A stretch of DNA of 64,000 nucleotides from Planctomycetota bacterium. GTDB lineage: Bacteria > Planctomycetota > UBA1135. Below, piece by piece: positions 11,069-20,228 of the stretch. The position numbers and the translations under genes are program-made. The stretch is from positions 1 to 64,000 of the forward strand of contig JASFYO010000002.1 of assembly GCA_045047305.1 (NCBI GenBank). The letters are read 5' to 3'. The notes below the pieces were generated by a model. It was given only the letters and a program-made list of their open reading frames with translations. It did not search any database and had not been told where the DNA came from. The first letter of the stretch is position 1. Every line of letters begins with the position of its first letter.

Positions 11069-11620
11069 TTAGTTTTCCTCCCGCTTACGGCGGAAAGGCA
11101 TTCCGAAGCCATCAAGTAGGGCGCGGCCCTCGGCATCGGTGCAAGCGGTGTTCACGAAAGTGATGTTCATTCCTTGAGGAAACTCGATGCGATCCAGTTC
11201 AATCTCAGGGAAAATGCTTTGCTCGGTGAGCCCGAGGCTAAAGTTTCCTCGGCCATCGAAGTTAGTCTTGATGCCCTGAAAATCGCGGATTCGCGGCAGA
11301 ACAATCGAGATAAGGCGGTCCATGAACTCGTACATGCGAGCGCCACGCAGAGTGGTTACGCAGCCGATAGGCATGCCTTCACGCAGGCGGAAGTTCGCGA
11401 CCGATTTGACCGCTTTTTTGATCACAGCCTTTTGGCCAGTAATCTTGGTCAAGTCTTTAGCAGCGCTTTCAACAGCTGCCTTGTTCTCCACCGCACGCGA
11501 AACGCCCATGCTGACCACAACCTTGGTCATGCGTGGAATCTGGTTCACGTTGCGGTAACCAAAGCTCTCGGTCAATGCCGGAACAATGGCTTCCTTGTAT
11601 TGTGTGTGGAGTCGTGCCAT
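11069..11620 (-). CDS. rplE: 50S ribosomal protein L5
   Basis: FRLREGMPIGC.TTLRG, LPRIRDFQG, FDGRGN. Confidence 0.97.
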   Translation of the reverse strand: MARLHTQYKEAIVPALTESFGYRNVNQIPRMTKVVVSMGVSRAVENKAAVESAAKDLTKITGQKAVIKKAVKSVANFRLREGMPIGCVTTLRGARMYEFMDRLISIVLPRIRDFQGIKTNFDGRGNFSLGLTEQSIFPEIELDRIEFPQGMNITFVNTACTDAEGRALLDGFGMPFRRKREEN

Positions 11621-11623
11621 GGA

Positions 11624-11932
11624 TTAGTTGAACTTGGTGCCGCAGGGAACTCCGACACGAATCTTCTTGCCGTCGACTGCGACGGATTTGGTTCGTACGC
11701 CCTTGCCAGCCTTTTCAGACCACAAAAGCACCTTCGAAGAAGCGATTGGGAACTCACGCTCCACAGTGCCACCTTCTGGATTAGCCTGAGTTTTTTGCAG
11801 GTTCTTCACGCGTACATTGACGCCTTCGACCAGCACTTTGTCAGCCTTGTTTAGAACGCGCAGAACTTTCCCACGCTTGCCCTTATCGTTACCCGACAGG
11901 ACTTGAACTTCATCACCTTCTTTGACGTGCAT
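11624..11932 (-). CDS. rplX: 50S ribosomal protein L24
   Basis: KOW motif GDEVQVLSGNDKGKRGKV, VEGVN. Confidence 0.96.
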   Translation of the reverse strand: MHVKEGDEVQVLSGNDKGKRGKVLRVLNKADKVLVEGVNVRVKNLQKTQANPEGGTVEREFPIASSKVLLWSEKAGKGVRTKSVAVDGKKIRVGVPCGTKFN

Positions 11933-11933
11933 C

Positions 11934-12302
11934 TCAGACCACCTCTTGGGCGAGGGATACGATCTTCATGAAGTTGCGCTCGCGTAATTCACGCGCCACA
12001 GCACCGAAGATGCGCGTACCGCGCGGATTGTTATCGTTGTCGACTAAGCAAAGTGCGTTGCCGTCAAACTTGACGTAACTGCCATCCTTGCGCCGAACTT
12101 TCTGACGGGTGCGAACGATTACGCCGCGCACCACTTGGCCGGTCTTGATATCAGAACCAGGCTGAGCCTTTTTGACCGAAGCGACTACCACGTCGCCAAC
12201 ACTAGCAAATTGACGGCCTGAGCCACCAAGCACCTTAATGCACATGACCACTTTGGCGCCAGAGTTATCGGCGACGGTCAATCGTGTTTGCATTTGAATC
12301 AT
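11934..12302 (-). CDS. rplN: 50S ribosomal protein L14
   Basis: [23 protein letters not shown]. Confidence 0.97.
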   Translation of the reverse strand: MIQMQTRLTVADNSGAKVVMCIKVLGGSGRQFASVGDVVVASVKKAQPGSDIKTGQVVRGVIVRTRQKVRRKDGSYVKFDGNALCLVDNDNNPRGTRIFGAVARELRERNFMKIVSLAQEVV

Positions 12303-12327
12303 GGGTATTCTCCTTGTTGTGCTGAGA

Positions 12328-12606
12328 CTACTCTTGTGGAGCTTGTTCGGTGACGCGAATGAGGCGCCAGCATTTGGTCTTGCTGAGAGGGCGAGTGCCC
12401 ATCACTTCAACCCTATCCCCAACCTTCGCTTCGTTGTTCTCGTCGTGGACGTAGAACTTCTTGCGAATCTTGATGGTTTTACGGTAAAGCTTGTGCTGGG
12501 TCAGGCGCTCCACCTCAATGGTGATGGTCTTGTTGGCTTTGGTCGAAACCACTTTGCCTTGCATGACCTTGCGCGTGCCGCGAGTTGATTGTTCGTTAGC
12601 TGTCAT
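12328..12606 (-). CDS. rpsQ: 30S ribosomal protein S17
   Basis: GKVVSTK, HDENN, RPLSKTK.W. Confidence 0.96.
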   Translation of the reverse strand: MTANEQSTRGTRKVMQGKVVSTKANKTITIEVERLTQHKLYRKTIKIRKKFYVHDENNEAKVGDRVEVMGTRPLSKTKCWRLIRVTEQAPQE

Positions 12607-12626
12607 CTTAAACTCCTGTTACTCGC

Positions 12627-12839
12627 TTAACGCGACTCCTGACCAGCGATTCCGTCTATGCGCTCCTGCAGAATGGTCTGCATGCGAGCGATATCGCGGC
12701 GGGTCCGGCGAATTTTCGCTGGATCCTGAATCCCTTCCGTTAGGGAACGGAAACGCAAATCGAAGAGTTCCTTATCCATCGTTTCGATATCGAAACGAAT
12801 CTCTGCGTCATCCTTGCCTCGAATTTCTTTGGCTTTCAT
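12627..12839 (-). CDS. rpmC: 50S ribosomal protein L29
   Basis: MKAKEIR, ELFDLRF, RRDIAR; lies between rplP and rpsQ. Confidence 0.95.
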   Translation of the reverse strand: MKAKEIRGKDDAEIRFDIETMDKELFDLRFRSLTEGIQDPAKIRRTRRDIARMQTILQERIDGIAGQESR

Positions 12840-12851
12840 GTTTCTGATCCC

Positions 12852-13358
12852 TTAGATGTTTTTCTTGGTGATCATCCGGCAGCGCATTGGCATCTTGTGC
12901 GCAACACGATTGAATGCCGTACGGGCAGTGCCTATATCAACACCGCCGATTTCGTAAATCACGGTTCCAGGAAGAACAACAGCGACCCAACGATCGACAT
13001 CACCCTTTCCGTTACCCATGCGCACTTCCTGTGGCTTTTTAGTCACTGGCTTGTGCGGGAAGACTCGGATCCACATCCGGCCCTCGCCCATCGCGCGGTT
13101 ACAGGCGATACGGCCAGCCTCAATAGTGCGGGAATTTAACCAGCACCACTCAAGAGCCTGAAGGCCGAATTCACCGTAAGACACCCGGTTCCCCCGAGAT
13201 GCGGAGGCAGTGCTAACCCGCTTATTGGGAGTTTTAATCCCCCGGCGGTGCATATTGGATCCTGCTGCACCTTTGCCATCAGGCTTCTGGCAGCGGTAGG
13301 TTCCTTTGATCTTGCCGCGTTGTACCTTCCGGTACTTGGTTCTCTTTGGCATCATCAT
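12852..13358 (-). CDS. rplP: 50S ribosomal protein L16 (with N-terminal insertion)
   Basis: [30 protein letters not shown]. Confidence 0.96.
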   Translation of the reverse strand: MMMPKRTKYRKVQRGKIKGTYRCQKPDGKGAAGSNMHRRGIKTPNKRVSTASASRGNRVSYGEFGLQALEWCWLNSRTIEAGRIACNRAMGEGRMWIRVFPHKPVTKKPQEVRMGNGKGDVDRWVAVVLPGTVIYEIGGVDIGTARTAFNRVAHKMPMRCRMITKKNI

Positions 13359-13388
13359 GGCTTTATCTCCTTTACGCTAAGCCGAAGC

Positions 13389-14021
13389 CTAGGCGCGGGT
13401 GGTTTCTCCAGTGAAGATCCAGACTTTGACGCCCAACACACCATAGGTGGTCATAGCTTCGCTGAAACCGTAATCGATTCTTGCCGACAATGTCGACAAA
13501 GGCACCCGACCGCTACGCTGGGTCATTTGACGACTCATGTCTTTGCCATCAATACGGCCAGAGACTTGAATCTTGACGCCTTCAGCACCAGCATTCATGG
13601 TGTTCTCCATGATGCGCTTCATTTGAAAGCGTGGGGAAACGCGACGCTCGATTGCAGCTGCAAGGTTCTCACAAACAGTCTGTGCATCAAGGTCCCAGTG
13701 GCGAACCTCTTGGATATCGAGTTTAATCTCCATGCCGGTGATTTTCTCAAGATCAGCAACAAGCTGGTCTCGGGTGGCGTAACCACGTCCGATGACCTCG
13801 CCTTTACGAGTGACTGTAAGACCAACGGTCATACGATCGCCACGCTGTTGAATCTCAATCTTGGAAACGATGCCTTTACGGAAACGTTTCTTGATGAGCT
13901 TACGGACGTTAAAGTCCAAAAGAACCTTTGCAGGGTAATCTTCGCCGCGTGCAAACCAGCGGGAGCGCCATGGCTCACTTACGCCGATGCGGAAGCCGAT
14001 TGGGTGGATTTTCTGTCCCAT
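13389..14021 (-). CDS. rpsC: 30S ribosomal protein S3
   Basis: MGQKIHPIGFRIG, GRVPL.TL.ARIDY, TTYGVLGVKVWI. Confidence 0.97.
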   Translation of the reverse strand: MGQKIHPIGFRIGVSEPWRSRWFARGEDYPAKVLLDFNVRKLIKKRFRKGIVSKIEIQQRGDRMTVGLTVTRKGEVIGRGYATRDQLVADLEKITGMEIKLDIQEVRHWDLDAQTVCENLAAAIERRVSPRFQMKRIMENTMNAGAEGVKIQVSGRIDGKDMSRQMTQRSGRVPLSTLSARIDYGFSEAMTTYGVLGVKVWIFTGETTRA

Positions 14022-14023
14022 GA

Positions 14024-14374
14024 CTAGTTAACCTTTTTCTCGGATACTGCAATGCGGAAGTGCGAAGTGCGGCGGCGCAGAGGCATCGCCCGGCCCATAG
14101 GACCTGGACGGAAGCGTGGGCGACCATGAATCAATGGGCCTTCATCGACCCGGGCATCGCTGACGACTAGACGATCAACATCAATGGTGTCGTTTTGGCC
14201 AGCGTTTGCGATTGCGGAGCGCAAGACCTTTTGAAAGATCGAGGCACCGCGAGTGTGATGGCCATCCAGAAGGATGAGTGCACGGTTGACATCCAGCCCG
14301 CGAATCAGGTTCGCAGCGGGGCGAGCCTTCCTTGCAGACATGTGGGCGTAACGGTGTGAAGCGCGGAATTCCAT
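14024..14374 (-). CDS. rplV: 50S ribosomal protein L22
   Basis: SARKAR..ANLIRG, SAIANA, RRTSH; position in the S10 operon. Confidence 0.95.
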   Translation of the reverse strand: MEFRASHRYAHMSARKARPAANLIRGLDVNRALILLDGHHTRGASIFQKVLRSAIANAGQNDTIDVDRLVVSDARVDEGPLIHGRPRFRPGPMGRAMPLRRRTSHFRIAVSEKKVN

Positions 14375-14386
14375 TTGGTCTTACCT

Positions 14387-14647
14387 CTACTTCTTGTCGT
14401 GGCCACGGAAGGTACGCGTTGGAGAGAATTCCCCCAAACGGTGACCGACCATATCTTCAGAAATGAAGACCTTGGTGAACTGACGGCCGTTGTGAACCAT
14501 AAAGGTCATTCCGACGTAGTCCGGGGTGATGGTGGAAGCACGAGCCCATGTTTTGATGGGCTTTTTGTCTCCAGCTGCTTTGGCCTTGTCGACCTTGCGC
14601 TGAATGCGCGGGTCGATCCATGGCCCTTTCTTGATGCTGCGGGTCAT
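14387..14647 (-). CDS. rpsS: 30S ribosomal protein S19
   Basis: [25 protein letters not shown]. Confidence 0.97.
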   Translation of the reverse strand: MTRSIKKGPWIDPRIQRKVDKAKAAGDKKPIKTWARASTITPDYVGMTFMVHNGRQFTKVFISEDMVGHRLGEFSPTRTFRGHDKK

Positions 14648-14653
14648 CGGTTG

Positions 14654-15487
14654 TTATCTCACTCCCTTAGGACGACGGCGCACGATGAACTTAGAAGTTG
14701 TCTTGCGCTTGTTGCGGGTCTTCATTCCTTTGGTCGGCTTGCCCCATGGGGTCACCGGGTGTTTACCCTTGGTGCGGCCTTCGCCACCACCGTGCGGGTG
14801 TGCTGCAGGGACCATTGCGACACCACGTACGTGTGGCCGCTTCCCCCGGTGGCGATTACGCCCTGCTTTACCCAACTTGATGTTTTGGTGATCAGCATTG
14901 CCGACCTCCCCTACCGTTGCGCGACATTCAATGTGCACGCGACGGAGTTCACCAGACGGCAAAGAGATGAGGGCGTAGTTACCTTCGCGCGCAGCCAAGC
15001 GTGCCGAAGCACCAGCCGTGCGCACCATTTTGGCGCCCTGGTTTGGACGCAATTCAATGTTGTGCACATTGAGTCCAAGCGGCATATCCTTCAGCTTCAT
15101 CGCACAACCGACTTTTGGCTCTGCCTCTGGGCCGGCCATGACAGTGTCGCCTTGCTCCAGGCCTTTTGGCCAGATGATGTAGCTTTTGGCTCCATCGACA
15201 TAATGCAGCAATGCAATGTAAGCGGTGCGGTTCGGGTCATACTCAATGTGAGCTACCGTCGCTGGAACGCCTTCCTTGTTGCGCTTAAAGTCAATCATGC
15301 GGTAGCGACGTTTATGTCCACCACCACGATGCCATGCCGTGACGCGACCGCGGTTGTTACGACCGCCAGTCTTCTTCAACGGCGCCAACAAACTCTTCTC
15401 AGGAGTTTGACGGGTTAGTTCTGCACGATCCAACACCGATCCGCCGCGGCGGCCAGGTGAAGTCGGCTTGTAGTACTTGATTCCCAT
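14654..15487 (-). CDS. rplB: 50S ribosomal protein L2
   Basis: [27 protein letters not shown]. Confidence 0.97.
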   Translation of the reverse strand: MGIKYYKPTSPGRRGGSVLDRAELTRQTPEKSLLAPLKKTGGRNNRGRVTAWHRGGGHKRRYRMIDFKRNKEGVPATVAHIEYDPNRTAYIALLHYVDGAKSYIIWPKGLEQGDTVMAGPEAEPKVGCAMKLKDMPLGLNVHNIELRPNQGAKMVRTAGASARLAAREGNYALISLPSGELRRVHIECRATVGEVGNADHQNIKLGKAGRNRHRGKRPHVRGVAMVPAAHPHGGGEGRTKGKHPVTPWGKPTKGMKTRNKRKTTSKFIVRRRPKGVR

Positions 15488-15511
15488 GATTCTGAAACTC
15501 TGACTCTGGGC

Positions 15512-15799
15512 CTAAAGGAGGTCGATTTTCTCGCCGGCCTTGAGCTTCACCAATGCGATCTTAGTCGCTGGCGATTGGAAATAGGAGGCACCCCGACGAC
15601 GCATTTTGCCGGGACGCAACATGGTGTTGACAGAGTCAACTTTCACTTCAAACAACATCTCGACTGCCTGAGCAATCTCGATGCGGTTTGCACCACCGGC
15701 CACTGCGAATCGGTAGACGTTGAGACGCTCTTGCTCCGCGGTTGACTTTTCAGTCAAGATGGGCTTGAGGATCAACTGGTAGGCTTCTGCTTTTTGCAT
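15512..15799 (-). CDS. rplW: 50S ribosomal protein L23
   Basis: PILTEKS, FEVKVDSVNT. Confidence 0.95.
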   Translation of the reverse strand: MQKAEAYQLILKPILTEKSTAEQERLNVYRFAVAGGANRIEIAQAVEMLFEVKVDSVNTMLRPGKMRRRGASYFQSPATKIALVKLKAGEKIDLL

Positions 15800-15810
15800 G
15801 GCTGGGCTCC

Positions 15811-16449
15811 TTAGGATTCCTTGCCGGATTGAACCCGCGCGATGATCCGGTCCAAAGCACCTTCCTGCATCAACACCATCTTGTGTGCGAGCAAATCGTG
15901 TGCGTTGACCTCATCGGCGGTGCGAATGCTGACTTTCGGGAAGTTGCGGAAGCTCTTCCAGATGTTGCTGTCGCGCTCGGTGGTAATCACCAAAGCGGAA
16001 CCAGTCAGGTTGTTATCGGCAAGAACCTTGCGAGCAGTCTTAGCTGAAGGAGCATCGAAGCTCAAGCCAGTAGCCTGAATCAATTCTTTGTCCATCATCT
16101 TGCCGAGTAGCGCAGAGCGCATAGCGACGTGACGCATTTGACGCGGGAAGCTGTAGTACCAGTTGCGCTTATTCCGAGGACCGAAGGTGGTTGCACCACC
16201 TACCCACAAAGGGCTACGACGGTCACCGGCACGTGCGCGGCCAGTTTTCTTCTGCTTCCAAGGCTTCTTGGCGTGACCGGCCAACTCGGACCGGTTCTTG
16301 GTGTGCGCATCGCCCTGACGGCGGTTGGACTGGTACATCACTACCGTGTCCTTCAAGGTTTTGTAAAGAACCTTATCGCCGAGGTCGACATTCACTTCCT
16401 GCTCGCCAGTCTTGGCGGAGGACATGTCGTAAGTGAGGACGGTACCCAT
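15811..16449 (-). CDS. rplD: 50S ribosomal protein L4
   Basis: RQG.AHTK.RSE, KPWKQK.TGRARAG, FGP. Confidence 0.96.
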   Translation of the reverse strand: MGTVLTYDMSSAKTGEQEVNVDLGDKVLYKTLKDTVVMYQSNRRQGDAHTKNRSELAGHAKKPWKQKKTGRARAGDRRSPLWVGGATTFGPRNKRNWYYSFPRQMRHVAMRSALLGKMMDKELIQATGLSFDAPSAKTARKVLADNNLTGSALVITTERDSNIWKSFRNFPKVSIRTADEVNAHDLLAHKMVLMQEGALDRIIARVQSGKES

Positions 16450-17105
16450 TAGTTGTTACCCCCTTTCGCCTTGCCAGTCTTAGCAGTGACGATGTGGATC
16501 AGACCGTTTGGAGGGCCTGGGATGCCGCCGCGGACCAAAATCAGGCCCTTCTCGGCATCGACGCCTTCGATGACTAGGTTCTTAACCGTACGCCGGACAT
16601 CTCCGAGGTGCTTACCCATGCGTTGGCCTTTGAAAACACGGCCAGGATAGGCACATTGTCCAATCGAACCCGGGCGACGCACGTTCATACAACCGTGGGT
16701 TTCGTTACCCCGTTGGAAGTTGTGTGCCTTAATCGTTCCAGCAAAGCCCTTACCCTTGGTGGTACCCACGATGTCGACCATGTCGCCAACCGTGAAAGTA
16801 TCTGGGCCGAGCTCTTGGCCGACTTCGTAGGAATCAACAGCATCAACGCGGAACTCGCGCAGAACGCGGTGCGCTTTCACACCAGCTTTTTCTGCAGCAA
16901 TACGCTGAGGCTTCTTAGTGTGCTTATCACGGGCCGGAATGAAGCCAAGCTGCACAGCGGTATAGCCATCACGCTCTTGCGTGCGCAAACCGGTGATTGT
17001 GCAGGGGCCCGCTTCGAGGACCGTGACGGGGACGACGTTGCCGTCCTCGCGGAAGAATTGGGTCATGCCCTTTTTCTTCGCCAGCAGGAATTTTTTATCA
17101 GTCAT
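16449..17105 (-). CDS. rplC: 50S ribosomal protein L3
   Basis: KKGMTQ.F, DGYTAVQLG, KGKGFAG, PGRVFKG. Confidence 0.97.
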   Translation of the reverse strand: MTDKKFLLAKKKGMTQFFREDGNVVPVTVLEAGPCTITGLRTQERDGYTAVQLGFIPARDKHTKKPQRIAAEKAGVKAHRVLREFRVDAVDSYEVGQELGPDTFTVGDMVDIVGTTKGKGFAGTIKAHNFQRGNETHGCMNVRRPGSIGQCAYPGRVFKGQRMGKHLGDVRRTVKNLVIEGVDAEKGLILVRGGIPGPPNGLIHIVTAKTGKAKGGNN

Positions 17106-17184
17106 TTCTTTGCCCCGTATCCATGTCGGGAAATTCGCAGAGGCACCCTCTCAGGGCACTTGCGGGAAGTTTGGTTTCGATGTC

Positions 17185-17490
17185 TTAGAGTTTGATTCGG
17201 ACGTCGACGCCAGCAGAGAGCACCAAACGGTTGAGTGCATCAATGGTCTGCGGAGTTGGCTCCAGCAAATACATGAGCCGCTTATGGGTGCGGATCTCGA
17301 ACTGCTCACGGGCCTTCTTGTTAACGAATGGCGAACGCAACACGGTGTAGCGCTCGATGCGGGTTGGAAGCGGGATCGGACCGGAAACCTTCACGCCAGT
17401 AAGACGTGCTGCCTCCATGATCGATTCAGTTGCCTGATCGATGGCCTCGTGATCGTATGCTTCGAGTCGGATTTGGATTCTGTTGGCCAT
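17185..17490 (-). CDS. rpsJ: 30S ribosomal protein S10
   Basis: [28 protein letters not shown]. Confidence 0.97.
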   Translation of the reverse strand: MANRIQIRLEAYDHEAIDQATESIMEAARLTGVKVSGPIPLPTRIERYTVLRSPFVNKKAREQFEIRTHKRLMYLLEPTPQTIDALNRLVLSAGVDVRIKL

Positions 17491-17589
17491 GTGTAGATGG
17501 ACTTCAAGCCCCGTTTTATCTATCCGCCACGCAAAAGCACGTGGTTAGGTCCAGATTTAAACGAGGCTACCCCTAAAAACGGGCCGCGT

Positions 17590-17617
17590 ATTCTAGACGG
17601 AACTGACCACAGGTCAA
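17590..17617 (-). promoter_or_regulatory. Sigma70-type promoter of the S10 operon
   Basis: TTGACC-N16-TAGAAT followed by a GC-rich discriminator ACGCGGCCCG, about 100 nt upstream of rpsJ. Confidence 0.75.
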
Positions 17618-17668
17618 GGCTTTCCGCCCCTTTCCGGTCTCCTTGAGCATATTTAGTGGTGCTTTCTA

Positions 17669-19693
17669 TCAATTACCCTTTCCACAGGGCAAGAACCCAT
17701 CTGGAAGCATGTGGAAATCGGCCATCCCTTGGGTAATGGAGCGCAAAGCAGTCGCATACGAGGTCATGCGCGAGAGCGGCACCTTGGCACTAATTGTACG
17801 CCATCCCTCCTCTGCTTCTACTTCAACAATACGCGCCTTGCGTTTCTGCAAATCTGCCAAGACTCCAGAAAATGAGGCTTCTGGCACGCGGACCTCAAGC
17901 CCCATCTGCGGCTCCAAAACCTGGGAATGGGCACGAAACGCCTTCGCCACTGCCACCTGGACTGCCCCCACAAGCATCTCTTGAGAAGGCGCCTGCTGGG
18001 CGCTGGTTTTCCATTCCATCAGCATCAAGCGAACCTTGACCATGGGATGCCCTGAAGCACCGACCCAACCTTTCAATAAAAGCGGGTCGCCCAGGTGCTC
18101 CAACAGGGCCTGCGGTAAAAGCGCACAGGCTGGCGACAACTGAAACAGCGGCGCATCAGCCTCTTGAGGCTCCACCCTGACAGTGACCACTATGGCATCC
18201 CCCTCTTCGTGAGGCACCTGTAGTTCCGCGGAACACTCTACAGGTGCTTTCAGAGTCTCGCGGTAGCGCACACGTGGCATTCCCGCTCGCACCTCCAACT
18301 GAAAGTCGCGCTGAAGACGATGCACCGCAACCTCGAGATGAAGCTCCCCCATGCCTGCCAAGAGAAATCCACCGGTATCTTCATCGGCAACCATCTCCAA
18401 AGTGGGGTCCTCCCGTAACAAAAGACCTAAAGCTAATTCTAGTTTGACTTGCTCCCCTGCATGTCGCGCCTCTATGGCTAAACGCAGAACTGGATCCGGA
18501 AACTGAATTGGCTGCATGAGCAGCAAATGCCCAGGTGCGCACAAAGTGTCACCGGTCTTGACCCGCGGCAAACCAGTGACTGCAAGGAGTCCTCCGGGAG
18601 ACACTGAATCAAGCTTTTCACGCTCATCGGCGTGCATCGCATACAAGCTTTGTAATTTCTCGAGATGGCGCGTGCGGGCATTTATCAAGGCAGCGCCGGG
18701 CATCAAGGTTCCGGCAAACACGCGGAGGAAAACTAAATCGCCATGCTTCTCATGCACGACCTTAAAGCAGAAGGCTGCAATCGACGCCTGCGGATCCGGA
18801 GGCACTGGGTGAGAGACCCCTGTGTCGGGATCAATGGCCTCTGGCGCGGAACATTCCTCTGGCGACGGCAAATATTCCACCACCGCATCCAAGAGCGGCT
18901 GGATGCCCATGTTGTGCAAAGCTGAGCCACATAGTGCCGGCACCAAAACCCGACTCAGGGTCCCTTCACGCAGAGCCTTGTGCAAAATCTTATTCGGCAA
19001 GTCGTCGCTCTCCAGGAAAAGGTCTGACCACTCCTCACGCAACTCTGCAACTGTGGAACACAACTGCGCTCGGGCATGCGCTGCGGCATCGGCGATATCA
19101 ACTGGTATCTCCTGCTCCACGATGGTCTTGCCTTGATCCTCAGAAGCCCAGGTGAGTAGCTTCCCACGCACTAAATCCACAATGCCCTGAAACTCGCGCC
19201 CTTCTCCATAGGGCAACTGCGTCGCAACCACCTTCAACTGCAACCGCTCCTCCGCCAGCTTTACTGCTTGAGCGAAATCGGCTCCAGGGCGATCCATTTT
19301 GTTCACGAACATCAGCAGCGGAAGTTGCCGACGCCTTGCCTGGCGCACCACGGTTTCCGTTTGCGCTTGCGGCCCAGAGACTCCATCCAGCACCACAACG
19401 GCACCATCCAAAACGCGCAAGCTACGTGCGACCTCGGCAGTAAAGTCCACGTGTCCAGGCGTGTCAATCAACTGAATGCGATGCCCCAACCATGGGCAAC
19501 TTGTCACCGCCGAAGAAATGGTGATGCCACGCTCGCGCTCTTCTGGCATCCAATCCATGACGGTGGTGCCATCATGAACCTCCCCCAACCGACGCTCCAC
19601 ACCTGAGTAAAACAGAATGCGCTCCGAAACCGTGGTCTTCCCTGCATCAATATGCGCAAGGATTCCAATGTTACGGAGCGGTGCTGGTTTCAT
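17669..19693 (-). CDS. fusA: Elongation factor G, divergent (EF-G2-like) paralog
   Basis: Intact G motifs AHIDAGKTT, RGITI, DTPGH, NKMD; GMGELHL; str-operon position; domain IV loops degenerate. Confidence 0.88.
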   Translation of the reverse strand: MKPAPLRNIGILAHIDAGKTTVSERILFYSGVERRLGEVHDGTTVMDWMPEERERGITISSAVTSCPWLGHRIQLIDTPGHVDFTAEVARSLRVLDGAVVVLDGVSGPQAQTETVVRQARRRQLPLLMFVNKMDRPGADFAQAVKLAEERLQLKVVATQLPYGEGREFQGIVDLVRGKLLTWASEDQGKTIVEQEIPVDIADAAAHARAQLCSTVAELREEWSDLFLESDDLPNKILHKALREGTLSRVLVPALCGSALHNMGIQPLLDAVVEYLPSPEECSAPEAIDPDTGVSHPVPPDPQASIAAFCFKVVHEKHGDLVFLRVFAGTLMPGAALINARTRHLEKLQSLYAMHADEREKLDSVSPGGLLAVTGLPRVKTGDTLCAPGHLLLMQPIQFPDPVLRLAIEARHAGEQVKLELALGLLLREDPTLEMVADEDTGGFLLAGMGELHLEVAVHRLQRDFQLEVRAGMPRVRYRETLKAPVECSAELQVPHEEGDAIVVTVRVEPQEADAPLFQLSPACALLPQALLEHLGDPLLLKGWVGASGHPMVKVRLMLMEWKTSAQQAPSQEMLVGAVQVAVAKAFRAHSQVLEPQMGLEVRVPEASFSGVLADLQKRKARIVEVEAEEGWRTISAKVPLSRMTSYATALRSITQGMADFHMLPDGFLPCGKGN

Positions 19694-20160
19694 CTTTCGA
19701 GCAAGGCATGACTAGATTCCAGCCATTCCTGTGCCCAATAGTATCCATCCAGAAGGCTGTCGTCGCGTTGGCCCAGCAAAACTAGGGCCGCGTGCAATGC
19801 TTCAATACTGGCCAAACCAGTGACTGGATCTTGGTAGGTCTTCGACTTACGCGGATAAGCCGTCTGAAGCCCTGTAGGCAGACAACGTTTATGGAACTTG
19901 CCATCCACCGTGCGCAACATTCGCGGCAGATCACGCCAAGAGCTATCAATCAGCAGCAACGGCCGCGCTATATCGGCCGGACTGATGACCTCTCCATCTG
20001 GATGCAGCAAAGTGACTTCTCCCACAGCAATCGGGTCACCCAAATCACAATGGAACCATGCGATCGGCAGCTCTTCTCGCGAACGCAAAGGAGTGAGGCT
20101 GCACTTCTTTGTAGACTCCTTACGCAGACGAATGATTTTGATTTCCAGGGCGTCAGTCAT
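19690..20160 (-). CDS. DUF367/Tsr3-like putative aminocarboxypropyltransferase
   Basis: KKCSL.PL, LLIDSSW, R.LP....AYPR, GLASIEAL..AL..LG resemble Tsr3/DUF367 motifs; ATGA overlap with fusA. Confidence 0.65.
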   Translation of the reverse strand: MTDALEIKIIRLRKESTKKCSLTPLRSREELPIAWFHCDLGDPIAVGEVTLLHPDGEVISPADIARPLLLIDSSWRDLPRMLRTVDGKFHKRCLPTGLQTAYPRKSKTYQDPVTGLASIEALHAALVLLGQRDDSLLDGYYWAQEWLESSHALLER

Positions 20161-20165
20161 AGCTC

Positions 20166-20209
20166 AAAAAAGGAAGAAAGCGGGACACCTGAAGGAGGTG
20201 CCCCGCTTT
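20166..20209 (-). terminator. Intrinsic terminator between rpsG and the DUF367-fusA pair
   Basis: Minus-strand AAAGCGGGGCACCU-CCUUC-AGGUGUCCCGCUUU followed by CUUCCUUUUUU. Confidence 0.8.
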
Positions 20210-20228
20210 GATTGTTTCTCTAACTCGA

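Noticed and set aside
11068..11136. N-terminal extension of S14 in the ORF track
   Set aside because: Overlaps rplE; the conserved start is MAKTS at 11067
14375..15418. 347-aa plus-strand ORF opposite rplB/rpsS
   Set aside because: Antisense shadow of conserved genes; no recognisable motifs
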